NCBI GenBank assembly: GCA_951406725.2
Contig: OX597814.1
Coordinates: forward strand, 78,182,001 to 78,246,000
Length of the DNA: 64,000 nucleotides
DNA from: Octopus vulgaris
Lineage: Eukaryota
Direction: 5' to 3'
Positions within the stretch are counted from its first letter, which is position 1, and every line of letters begins with the position of its first letter. This document shows, in pieces, positions 51,730-64,000 of this stretch. Both the position numbers and the translations under genes were made by a program. The notes under the pieces were generated by a model, which searched no databases, was not told the DNA's origin, and saw only the letters and a program-made list of their open reading frames with translations.

Positions 51730-52270
51730 AGATACATCTCACGGAAGCTCTGGAATCCATCATCGGTGATATTTCTGAGATCTCATGGGATCTGAAGATT
51801 TTTCAACATCAGATCCTCTCTCCCAGTTGAGCTGGTCGAGGTTTGATCAAATCCGCAGCTGCTTCGCACTTGTAGCAAACCATTGGTCTGCCCGCTTTAT
51901 CCAAAGCCACCTTGTAGCCTTCTCTGAAGCTTCAATGATGAAATCTATGGCCCTCCTCTTAGCTATACCTATAACTCCAAGCTCAGAGGTTCCAAAATGA
52001 ACGTCCAGCAAAACCTCCGCAGCTCCCTTCAATTACCTCCAGTAGAGTTTTTTTTATTTCTTTCAAAGGGTAGTACATTCTAGGAGCCATCATCAGGGAT
52101 GCTTCTGGAGTCCTAGGGAGTTTGGAGATTTCAGTATCAGGCATTCTCGCTCATTTAACTCAATCGGGTTTTGATCAAGTCCTAGATTTTGTCCCAATGG
52201 CAGCAAACCGCTGGTCAGCCCTCTTTATCGCGTTGAGGCCAACTTTGCTTTTGGTCTTTCTAGCGTTGAT
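51730..52270 (-). mobile_element. Two tandem 3'-end fragments of a HERO/NeSL-type restriction-endonuclease retrotransposon
   Basis: IEGSCGGFAGRS (cf. PIEVGCRGFAGRS) and RRAIDFIIEASEKATRWLWIKRADQW; a second decayed copy of the same end at 52070-52270. Confidence 0.8.
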
Positions 52271-52296
52271 AATAAAAAAAGTACATGCTCGTAATA

Positions 52297-52712
52297 TTGG
52301 TATCAAATTTTGGCACAAGACCAACAATTTGGTGGGGAGGGTTCAAATCGATTACATCGCCCCCTCCCCCCACCCCAAGGCTCAAATGGTATTTATTTTA
52401 TCGACTCTGAAAGAAAAAAGCAAAGTCGACTCCGGCGCTAGGAATTTTTTCCCGTGTGGTAACGATTCTGCCAGCTCGCCGCCTTCCAGTTAATATTCCT
52501 TTCTACCATAGGCACAAGGCTTGAAATTTTGCGTGAAGGGTATGGTCAATTACATCGGCCTCAGTATTGAACTGTTACTTACTTTATCAAACCCCTGAAG
52601 GGTGAAAGGCAAAATTGACCTCGGCAGAATTTGAACTCAGAACATAAAGACAGACGAAATGCTGCTAAGCATTTTTCACGCCGTGTAAATGATTCTGCCA
52701 CCTCTCCGCCTT
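52297..52712 (-). mobile_element. Two Meta-type SINE copies
   Basis: gattctgccagctcgccgcctt and gattctgccacctctccgcctt heads plus central domains. Confidence 0.8.
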
Positions 52713-52857
52713 ATTTGGCACTATGTTGTATATAAACGAGCAAGGTGAATTGGCAAGTTCAGACAAATCCTTTCTTCTCCGCAACTCCTTGCAAATATAA
52801 ATATTATAATTTAATTTTGTTTTGTGTTTCTCGCAAGTTAGACAGCTAATGATGGAT

Positions 52858-53627
52858 CCTGTGTGGTAAGAAGTTTGCTTCTCAACCACATGTTTCTGGG
52901 TTCAGTGTCACTGCGTGGCACCTTGAACAAGTGTCTTCTACTGTAGCCTTGTGAGCGGATTTGGTTGACGGAAACTGAATGAAGCCCGATACACACACAC
53001 ATATTTATATTTATATGAGATAATAAAACGAATGGCTTATACCTGGCAGATTACTGGTAAAGCACGATCCTTTCTGTTCGTTATGTATTTGGTTAATGAG
53101 AGACGGAAGATGGAAGATACGAGAATTTTTATTAATCACTACAATTTTTTCGACCTATCTAGTATCGATCCCTTCGTGTGATAAATAGATATAACTCGTT
53201 AAATTAACTGTTCCGCAGTGTATCTTCTCAGTTTGTGTAAAGAAAAGCAGTAAATTAAAGGATGTAGCTTCATATATATACAAAGTCAATAATAAAATAA
53301 CACATGCAAAAATGAAACGAACACGCAATACAGCGAAAAAGTACTAAATATAATAGCTAACGGATATGGATGTATAAACGCCCTCGTGTGTGTTAATCTT
53401 TTTGCCTGTGTCTGCCCCTCCCCAACCCCCATCGCTAAACAACCGATGTTGGTGAGTTTACGCCCCCGTAACTTAGCATTTCAGCAATAGAGACCGACAA
53501 AATAAGTACCAGGCTTAACAAAAAATAAGTACTGCGGTCGATTCATTCAGCTAAAAATTATGCAAGGCGGTGTCCCAGCATAGCCGCCGTCTATTGACTG
53601 AGGCAAGTAAAAATTAAAAGATAAAAG
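52858..53627 (+). mobile_element. CORE-like SINE split by insertion of the 28085-family element (53015-53300)
   Basis: Head at 52858-52990, tail at 53385-53627; the insert sits in the SINE's internal microsatellite. Confidence 0.75.
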
Positions 53628-54808
53628 AGCCCTCTCTGTCGTAATATTGGTTACACCCTTAAAATGTATCTTTTTCGTTTTTTTTCTTTTCAAAGTGGTA
53701 TTGTGTGATTTGAAAGAGTTGCTATTTGTCGAACGGCCATATACGTAGCACTTCCTTTGGCTTTTATAAATTAATTAGCTTCACCACTTGCTCCTTAGTA
53801 GGAAAAGATTGGACTGTCCATCTGCAACGAAAATAAATAGACACTGAGGCAAAGGCCACATTACTACGTTAGTTTCAGTTTCACTTTTAGCTACAGCAAG
53901 GCTGGCCAGAAATTATTTTATAATTGCAGTTGCTACCGTTGTCGTTGCTGATGCTGTTGTTGTTGTTGTCCTTATTGGTGTTTAGCCTCAAATCAATCCT
54001 GATCATGTACATCTATGATCAAAATCTGTTTAGATCTTGACCATTCAATTTTCTTTTTTTCTGGCCGACATAATTTACCCGAACCACATTATCTATTTTC
54101 TCCTTTCAGTTCTTCAGATAGCAGAATGTGATTTCAGAAGTTTTGACCGGCATTTCTAACAAATGGAGCAACCATGAATACAACTACGTAAAGATTCCCC
54201 AATACTCATAAATCTACTGGTTTGAATGTTGCGTGAAAATAAATAAAAGTTGAGATTCAGAACTCCAGTTTGCAATTATCGATATCATTTTAACCCTCTA
54301 TAATTTATATTACTATAACCGTAATGGGTACTATTAACTGGAAAGAAAAGTTCGTTACGACCACCCTTGCTTTCTAGCATTAGTTTTATACGACGTAGTA
54401 ATCGTACCATTGAATCATGTCGATAATGTGCTCTCACTACCGAATCAAAGATCAATAATTCGTTTACTGCCATTTACACTTCTGTGTGTGCTCTTAGACA
54501 AATAGCTCTATCAACTGTGAATGATTGAAAAGGAGCAAGTTAACCCCAGAAGAAGAATTGCGAACGTAGTTAAACAGCATAAATAAGCATTTTGTGTAGT
54601 GACAGTTTCGATCCCATATCGAAACCATTTTGTTCATGTTGCCAACGCTCTTGAGGAAAGAATAAACATCATAAATTTCCATTTCTCTCCCTATCTCTTA
54701 AAAAATGTAAGCTTCCAATTTATAACTGAACCATTGCCCTGATTTGGTTATATAACAATATGAAGTTGATCATTGTTCTGTTATCGGTAATTAGGTAAGA
54801 GGTTAGAG

Positions 54809-54954
54809 TAGTCATGGACAAATTGCGGCCCATGGATCTTTCTGAATGCTACACCTTACTCAAAATTACATTGAATATGTTTAGTCGTGCGGTACGCCTG
54901 ATGATGAAACATGTCACGTGCGGCCCGCTTTTCGAAAAAGTTCGCTCATGCTTG
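54809..54954. mobile_element. Small hAT-like MITE remnant
   Basis: catggacaaattgcggcccatgg ... gcggcccgc...aaaagttcgctcatg. Confidence 0.5.
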
Positions 54955-56690
54955 GGTTACAGACGGGTTTCTTAGACAAGAATGACCCAACTATATATGT
55001 GTCTCCATATATTTATTTTAAAGAGTTTATATATTACTTATGTACAAGGAAATTTATATCATATTGAAAAGCAATTTTTCTAGCATGTGTGATACTTAAA
55101 ACTCTACCATATGTAAGCTCTAAAGAATGTTATAGACATATGTACATTATTCTCTATTGTATTTATAACAATAAAGCAGATAAAAGACAGTAAGATATCC
55201 CATGTATATAGATATGTATTATGTCGAAATTACTACACAAGAATGATTACTTTTGTCAAGCCTAGTATACAGAGTATATTATAAATGAATAAGTGGACGG
55301 AAGTAGGAGCACATCTCATGGAACAAAGCGACAGAACTCTGTGTACAGTTTAAGAGTGCTTTGCTCGAGTGTTCAAAATTTCAGCTTTTTATAACCCCAC
55401 AAAAAACCTCAGAAATACAAATTGGTTCAAATTTTACATAACGTTTCTAACGACGTCGTTAATTACTATATGCCAACCGATGATGATTGGTTGATAAAGA
55501 TTTACAGAAGCGTTCACACTTTTTATGGCAATATACTTAGATTCAAGAAGCCTGTTATGCTTATTATGACAATATAATTAGGTTTTGGTTCTAAACTGAA
55601 AATTCCAACAAGATGCTTCTAATCGAGGCAGAGAACTGTCACAATGATTTTATTAATGTTTCTGTCACGCCTTACTGAACTAGTCCTCACCGAACTTATC
55701 ATCAAAAGCTATTTTGTCACGACTGATTTGATATTAATTTCAAGAGCTGTGTCCCTGGCACACAATATACTGTGCATCTATTTTTAAGGCGGTACAGTAT
55801 ATTTTGATGAATACGTGATTGTTATTTCGCGTTGGTTAGTCGATCAGGCTGAGGCTCTCTTCTTGCCTTTTATAGTTATTTTGTTTCTTACTTAAGCACC
55901 AAACACACAAATAATATATAGGAGAGGCGAAGTCAGTAGGTTGTAATTACATCCACGCCTTTCTCATGGGTATAAACTATGTATGTAAAAAGGAAAGGCC
56001 TCAATCTCAGCTGGTCGTAATCTTTATCTGATCTAGCCACCCTCATCGTTCTTCATATACATCAATGTTTTGATCGATACAAATGCTCAGATGTGTGAGG
56101 GAGAAGGGAGAGAACATACAAGATTAAGATATCTTTTCTCATTTTTCTCATTTAATTTGTTTCAGTCATGTGACGAGCTTCTTTCTGTTTCCGTCTACCA
56201 GCTTACCAACTCCAGTTACAAGGCTTTGGTCTTGGTCCGGGGCCACGCTATGGGACTGAAACTGGGACTATGTGGCTGGGAGACAAACTTCTTACAACAA
56301 CAGCATTGCCTCTCCGAAACGCATATTCATACTTATTCAATAGAATTATCGATAGGATTCAATCGAAATAAATACAAAGACAGAAATCGAAAGGAGGTCG
56401 CGAGCTTGGTCCTCATCAAATGGGTGAGATCTTATTACAATTTCCATTTTTCTTCCACATTGACCTCATCCTGTTATACACAAGCAATGGTCAACGCCCC
56501 TAGAAAATATACTCGATTTAAAAAGGAAAGCAAGAAAGTTGCTATGTGTAATGTGTATAATGTTATACAATCCTGTAGTTCTATGTTTAATGGTAATTAA
56601 ATTCCACAGTTTGGTGTAGAAGCTACATTTATCTCGCTTGGGAACTAAATTTTAGGTTGTAAAATATGCGAAATGTTTTAGTGGTTTTAT

Positions 56691-56887
56691 CAAAAATAAT
56701 TTTGTGTTTACTGGGGAATTCTTCCCTAGTATGCGGGCGTGTAAGGAACACACACATACACTCACGCACTCACATATAGTGTATGTGTGTGTTTTTATAT
56801 ATATATATATATATATATGAGTGTGTGGTGTATGTAATTGTATATATGTGTGTATATACACATATACATATATATGCATATATATGC

Positions 56888-56929
<42 letters not shown>

Positions 56930-57079
56930 TCAAACACACATGTATATGTATATGCACACACACGCATACACACAGAGAGAAAGAGAGAGAGAGCGAGAAA
57001 TATAGACACATGCACATATACATAAACACATGTTTACACATACAGACACATGCTTTCGTACATACATACATACATACAT

Positions 57080-57134
<55 letters not shown>

Positions 57135-57243
57135 CTTACACTCCATATATTTTTGTATGAGTGCATTTGTTTTATTGTTTTTCTGTGTATGTGCATGCGC
57201 ATTCGTATGTGTGTATGATGTGTGTGTGAGTGTGTGTGTGTGT

Positions 57244-57314
<71 letters not shown>

Positions 57315-57463
57315 CGTGTGCGCGCGTAAGTATGTGCATGTATTAGTGTTCAGTTCGCGTCACTATGAATCTGGTGATTAATAATATAATGTAAATATTG
57401 GGATGCCGATAACATTATAGGAATAGTTTAAGTAATAATTTAAAAATTCAATGAATATATATA

Positions 57464-57512
<49 letters not shown>

Positions 57513-58379
57513 TTCATGTGTGCCTTACATGGTCGTTGAATAGAGGGACTTAATCGTCAAAAGTAGTTCAGCCATCTACACACTTCCTCTTATCTGAAGG
57601 ATAGTGTATCTAAGACTACATTATTCATCTATACCTCTAGGCTACATTATTCAGTGTCATGTTTGTAGAAAGGAAGGGTGTGATTTGAAAGCGATCTAGC
57701 TGTTGTTTATAACAGATCGTACGACTGTGTGTAATATTCTTTTCTAGGCATAAGGTCCGAAATTTTTGGGGAAGGGGGTGCAATCGATTAGATCTACCCC
57801 AGTATGCAACTGGTACTTAATTTATCGACCCCGAAAGGATGAAAGGCAAAGTCGACCTCGGCGGAATTAGAACGTAGCGACGGGCGAAATACCTATTTCT
57901 TTACTACCCACAAGGGGATAAACACAGAGAGGACAAACAAGGACAGACAAACGGATTGAGTCGATTGCATCGACCCCAGGGCGTAACTGGTACTTAATTT
58001 ATCGACCCTGAAAGGATGAAAGGCAAAGTCGACCTCGGCGGAATTTGAACTCAGAACGTAACGGCAGACGAAATACCGCTAAGCATTTCGCCCGGTGTGC
58101 TAACGTTTCTGCCAGCTCGCCGCCTTGACTTTGTATAATATTGGTTTCCTAAAGATCCCGCTACCTTGTCCTCGTGTTTCCCTACACGATGCCCTTCTTC
58201 TCTTCTTAATATGCGTTTGTTTGTTTTTTGTTTGTTTGTTTGTTTGTTTTTCTGCAACTGAATCATTGAAATATAAAACTCACAAACATCCTTAACTACA
58301 TCACCCTAGGGGTTTGCCACACCTTGGTTGGAAACTACTGTGGTTCAAGTTTACTTCCTTGGCTTCCGTGTTTGTGTAC

Positions 58380-58413
<34 letters not shown>

Positions 58414-58551
58414 GGGTGAGTGCGAGATAAAGAGAAAATATGTGAAGTGTGTGTGTGTGTATGTATATCTATATATATATGCATATATACGTATACATAT
58501 TTATGTATATGTGTATACACACACATATACACAATTACATACACCACACAC

Positions 58552-58585
<34 letters not shown>

Positions 58586-59013
58586 ACATACACTATATGT
58601 GAGTGCGTGTGTGTGTGTTCATACACTCCCGCATACTAGGGAAGAATTCTCCTGCAAACACAAAATTATTTTCGCGACACCCTTAAAGCCAGGAACTTTT
58701 TAGTACTCCTCATACACATACGCACACACACACACGTTTCACATATTTTCTCTTTCTCTCACACTCACCTCTCTCTCTCTCTCTTTCTCTCTCTCACACA
58801 CACACACAGAAGCCAAGGAAGTAAACGTGAACCACAGTAGTTTCCAACCAAGGTGTGGCAAACCCCTCGGGTGACGTAATGAAGGATGTAGCGGGATCTT
58901 TAGGAAACCAATATGTGAATCTGAGAGGGGAATATGTTAAATAAACTCATAATTAACTAACCCTCCTGTGTTTTCTTTTACTCGAAGCTGAGAACTTTTC
59001 AGCACACCTTCGT
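56691..59013. repeat. Nested local inverted duplications with a split mariner MITE
   Basis: 56691-56935 is inverted at 58455-58672; 58140-58445 is inverted at 58740-58912; the MITE left end is inverted at 58670-58713 and its right end lies at 58912-59013. Confidence 0.85.
57738..58126 (-). mobile_element. Dimer-like Meta-type SINE, near-identical to 1334-1724
   Basis: Same linker gaaatacctatttctttact.cccacaagggg.ta.acac.gag.ggacaaacaaggacagacaaacggatt. Confidence 0.88.
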
Positions 59014-59015
59014 AT

Positions 59016-59051
<36 letters not shown>

Positions 59052-59763
59052 AGGCGAGAGAATGTACATGCGCACGCTTGTGCATATTGGGTACACACTA
59101 GAAACCGTTGAACCAACATCATATGGACTCGGCCACACACACACACACACACACACAAAGGGTTTCCGATAGAAATTTTGTCTGATTGGAACAAGACTGT
59201 TCCAGGAAGATTTTTGAAAATCCAAGGTGTAAGATTTTTTTTTTTTTTTTTGTCTTTTTTTTAAGGCGGAACATATAAAATATTCATAGATCCTTCTATC
59301 ATGACTCTCTGGTACTCTGACCAATGTAATAGTTTGCACACAGTGTCTATAAAAATATAGCACACACGTACATACACATACTCACACGTACACACACACA
59401 TACACGCACACTCGCGCACGCAAACAAACTCACACACACAAACGACAGGCTCATTTTTGTAGCATCATAATGACCCGGCGCATCAGTGCACTGGGCCCTC
59501 CAGATTTTACTTATTAACAGGAAGCCACAGCATACATAGGTCAGAATAGAAGTTAAATTCAAGCAGTATATCGGTGCAAATAGTACATCGGTTCAAGCAA
59601 TACAGCATAGCCCGGAAAGCCAAGCAGGAGCCCGTGAATATTTGATGAGACTTCATTGAAAAAGAAAAACAAGATACATTGAGTGAACCGTCCTGGAATC
59701 AAGAAGAGATTTCAAAGTAGTCTTCGTTTGGCTTGGTAAAAATTTCTATCGGAGGTTCTCTGC

Positions 59764-59922
59764 CAGTGCCGTCTTAAGGCATAGACGCAGTGGACAGTGG
59801 ACCAAGGGCCTCATGGACCAATTCTGATGAGCTTATGCTTTGGTTTGCTGTCAATAAATATATACTATTGGGCCCAGTACATTGATATTCCGGGGTTCTA
59901 TAATGTTACTAAGACGGCCCTG
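59764..59922. mobile_element. hAT-like MITE; older inverted relative at 59446-59660
   Basis: TIRs cagtgccgtcttaa / taagacggccctg. Confidence 0.65.
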
Positions 59923-59924
59923 TG

Positions 59925-59970
<46 letters not shown>

Positions 59971-62077
59971 GAATGTTATACTAAGACACCTGTAGTTCCT
60001 ACTGTACTACTCGTATACTGCGTTGATTTCATCTATAGCCAAGATATTTCACTCTGAAATAATGGTTTCAAATTTTTGCACAAGGCCAGAAATTTCAGGT
60101 GAGGAGAAGTCGATTACATCGTTCCTAGTATGCAACAGGAACTTAAGTTATTGACCCCGAAAGAATAAAAAACAAGGTTAACCTCAGCGGAATTTGAACT
60201 CAGAGCATAAGGACAGACGAAATACCGCTAAGCATTTTGCCCGGCGTACTAACAATTCTGCCAGCTCGCCACCTATTTCACTCTGAAATGATAACCCAAT
60301 CCAGATAACAATAAACAGACACCGTTGGACCAGAAGCGAAGCTACGAGTGGGGTAGTCCGCCCCGGTTGAGGCTTTTTATGGAGGCGGCACTTTAGGATC
60401 TGCTCGATAAATCTGCATGGACTTGGAGACTCGAAAATGGTGACAAAATCAATAATTGCACCAGGCGGCACACATTTTAACTACACCATTGCATTGCACT
60501 GGCCAACGAGGAAGCCTCCGTGTAGTCTATCGATTAGCATGTCGATCGATATGGGATTATCTTATCCTAGACACATTATACCTATAAACCAAAACAAGAC
60601 GGTCATGGCTGGAACTCTTTTAAGTCATATATCTGCTACATCATAGCTTGGGGTTGGTTTCGTGTCACCTCCACTCAGAAGCACACACGAGTCATTCATC
60701 TCTCCTCCTCTCGACACCTATACTGCTTCCTCCATTCCAAAAGTGGCCCTATCTATTATATAGGAGCTTTGGAATTCCCTCATTTCACATGTATTTCCTG
60801 TCGCCGTCATCTTGTAACTACTCAAGATTAGTTAAAAGATGAACCCCGAGCACATCAATGTACTAGGCCCTATGGTATATAGGGTCAACCGTGTCAATCC
60901 CACAGGTCCCGGAGAGAGAGTGAGGTAGAGGTAGAGAGAGGGAGAGAAAGAGGGAGAGAAAGAGGGAGAGAGAGGGGGAGAGATAAAGGGAGAGAGAGTG
61001 CGCACTCGTGTGGCGTTCCGATCTGAGGAAATATTGGCCTGCCTCGCCTAGTCAATAGGTTGGCATAATTTGAAAATTAAAACAATGTAGGGAAGCGCAT
61101 TGTGACCAGTAGTGTATAACAACATCTGATAGTCTGACCGATGCAGTGATACACATACATGCACGCACACACACATACACACACACACATACATACATAC
61201 ATACATACATACATACATACATACATACATACATACATACATACATACATACATACATGTACATACATGCATACATACATACATACATACATACATACAT
61301 ACAAATATATGATGGACGTCGATTTCGACGTATAAGGATCGAACAATCTACACTTTCTTTGTCAGTCAAATGTGACATTTGTGTCCCAACAACAATTTGC
61401 AAAGAAGCCTGCAGATGTAACAAGTAGTCTAGTCCGGCTATTACATTTCACGTCCTGATACATTTCCTGTTGTGCCTGTGTAGCCTATCCTGGACAAACA
61501 CTCCCTCTGGCAGGGACCGCAAATGTAGCGAAGACTGTTCCTGGCTGGTTGTAATGCCATAGTTTCTTGTTGACGTCTGTTTCTTGTCTTTCTTTTCTCA
61601 TTCACGAAGCTTCAAGTAACATGAAGAGTTAAGTCAGCCTGTTACTCAGTATCTGTGTTCGTGTATATTCAATGTATGTATGTATGTATGTATGTATGTA
61701 TGTATGTATGTATGTATGTATGTATGTATGTACGTATGTGTGTATGTATGTTTGTATGTATGTATAACTATCTGTCTGGCTGGCTTTCTGTCTGTCTACC
61801 TGTCTGTCTATCTAATTACACACACGCACACAACCGTGCGCGCGCGCACACACACACACATATAGTTCAAATTTACAGAAAACAAAAGACGAAGACAAGT
61901 AAAGAATGAACAGGCAGGTGTATTAGTTTAACACTCGGAAAGAGTGAATAAGTCTTTGACGTTTCCAGCCTACGCTCTTCGACAGAATAGAAAGGTTAAA
62001 AAACGAACGAAAAGAGCGAACGAAAAACCAAAACGGAGAGAGAAAAAAATGAGTTGGGATTAGCGGTTCAACATGAT

Positions 62078-62130
<53 letters not shown>

Positions 62131-62134
62131 TATG

Positions 62135-62945
62135 ATATGTAGAAAAATACAAACTGGGACAAGAACGCATAACACTCAGAAGACGACACAACAAACACAG
62201 ACAGGACATTCGAAGCCCCCAGCCCTCAGTCAAGAACCGGATCATCGTAGTAATTTCGGCTGATTAATCTTGAGATTACCAGATCCGGCCAGCCCTCCAG
62301 GAAAAACTAAGCAACGAGCATTAGAAAAACTAAGCTAGGAGCGTAGATTTCCTGGAAGAAGGATCGAATGCACACGAACACAGGGACAGCAAAACGGACG
62401 GTGCCACACGAATACAAAAAACAAAAAACAATAAGGAAATACAAAAACATGAAATACAAAAACATGAAATACAAAGCAATAATGGTAAAAACAGCAGGTG
62501 TCTTACGACTAATAACAGTGCAAACAAGTTTGGCTGGCATATTTTGGAAAAAATGCCTTAACGGCGAACAAGGACAACGATGTTGTCACTGCGCTGGTCG
62601 GAGGCCAAAAGGCGGATTTTGGCCAGCGGTCACGTGACGGAGAAGAGAGAAAAGAAAAGAAAAGAAAGGGAGGCAAAGGAAGGAAGAGAGAGAGAAGAGG
62701 GACGAAAGCAACAAGGGGGGAGAAGAGAGAGAAAGAAGGAATTAGAGAGGGGAGAAGGGATGGGTGTCAAAGATTGACCTGTGAGTGCAAAGCAAGACAA
62801 AGAAATGGAAGGGTAGGGGAAGAGTAGACCAAAGAATCAGAGGCAAGAGAAGAGAAAAGGAGGATGAGTAGAGAGAAGAGAGAGAGAAGGGGACAGATCA
62901 ACGTAGAATGCGAAGTAAATGTAAGAGAGAGAGACAGACAGAGTG
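62135..62945 (-). mobile_element. Pseudo-LTR-like unit plus GA-rich region between (TA)n tracts
   Basis: The first 260 bp is the reverse complement of the 37823 family; the layout parallels 32290-33170. Confidence 0.6.
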
Positions 62946-62949
62946 TGTG

Positions 62950-62990
<41 letters not shown>

Positions 62991-63017
62991 TATACATATA
63001 TATACATATATATATGC

Positions 63018-63084
<67 letters not shown>

Positions 63085-63089
63085 CATAA

Positions 63090-63122
<33 letters not shown>

Positions 63123-63151
63123 CATATATACATAAATATATATATATATAT

Positions 63152-63283
63152 GTTGGCATCCTTTTTGTCTCGGGAGACAATGGAGTTGCGCATAAAGTAG
63201 TCTAGTCCGGCTATTACATTTCACGTCCTGATACATTTCCTGTTGTGCCTGTGTAGTCCTATCCTGGACAAACACTCCCTCTG
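63152..63283 (-). mobile_element. RTE LINE 3' end
   Basis: Near-identical to 61425-61509 and homologous to 38679-38790. Confidence 0.75.
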
Positions 63284-63532
63284 ACCAATCGTGACCTATC
63301 GCTGTATTATAACTGCCTCTTGTCTGTATCCTGTTTTGACCAATCGTTTCGTTAGGTGGCTTAGTCAAGCAGAACGGGACGTCATCAAAATTCTGACCAA
63401 TCACGACTTATAGCTGTATTAGATCTGCCCCTTGTCTGTATCTTGTTAGGTGACTAGTCAAGCAGAAAAGGACGTCATCAATATTCTGACTAATCTCTGC
63501 CCCTTGTCTGTATCCTGTCCAGTCTAGCAGAA

Positions 63533-64000
63533 CTAGACGTCATCAATTTGTGATTTATGCACCGCCATCCTGTTACGTAAGCTATTTTTTGTATGGCCTA
63601 TATACTGCCTATTGCAGCCTGCGCATGTTATGACGTAAATTATGTTTTCTGATGCGCAGGTGAAGTTTGTTCTAATGGTGAACTGGTGGCCTTGTTCCAG
63701 TATAAATTCTGATCCTTCTTTCATGATGACACAGATTCCGCAGTTGGGCCTTCCACATTTTCTAACTGCTGGTTTTGTGGTTGATGTTGAGTGCAGTGTA
63801 GCTTGGGTTAAAATCCTTTTCAAGGATTTTGGTTGCCGTTTACTTTTAATGATGGTGTGTGTTTCGAGGATCCGGTTCATCTTTGGGTCTCCCTTTAGTA
63901 GGGCTGTACTTTGTAGTATGGTGTTGAAGGCCTCATTGTTGAGTGGGTTGTGTGTAGAGATGTAGGGAAGGGTTTTTAATTGTTCTTTCTTTTTTGGTTT
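63533..64000 (-). mobile_element. Penelope-like element ORF fragment with GIY-YIG endonuclease (runs off the window; 3'-truncated)
   Basis: Frame open from 64000: KTLPYISTHNP...KRQPKSLKRILT...CGRPNCGIC...FTCASENIIYVITCAGCNRQYIGHTKNSLRNRMAVHKSQI. Confidence 0.92.

Noticed and set aside
54285-54700. Two 62-aa minus-strand ORFs in unique sequence
   Set aside because: No recognisable motif or splice-site pair.
56070-56600. 176-aa plus-strand ORF
   Set aside because: It runs through an antisense SINE, starts at TTG and has no domain.

Overview
AT-rich, microsatellite-dense eukaryotic DNA. The SINE, RTE and Penelope repertoire looks like a cephalopod (Octopus-like) genome; this is inference, not a database hit. 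The only convincing host coding sequence is one minus-strand exon (10326-10512) encoding a signal peptide plus the FNLD...YFGYSV N-terminus of an integrin alpha subunit. Several possible non-coding 5' exons lie upstream, and its later exons probably lie left of the window. The rest is mobile DNA: a decayed ~4.2 kb R4/Dong-clade retrotransposon sitting in (TAA)n, a second TAA-flanked truncated copy, related 3' ends in (TACA)n, HERO/NeSL, RTE and CR1-like LINE pieces, Penelope coding fragments at both window ends, mariner, hAT and piggyBac-like MITEs, a putative solo LTR and many tRNA-derived SINEs. The most notable pattern is a set of short, unrelated, non-coding elements, mostly (TA)n-flanked, built as inverted or direct repeats whose arms carry hammerhead-ribozyme cores. 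One is structurally complete (31870-31915), and several have a CCGA core variant or a greatly expanded stem II. Together they are a candidate family of Penelope-derived, retrozyme-like foldback elements. Almost all ORFs in the supplied track are microsatellite artefacts.
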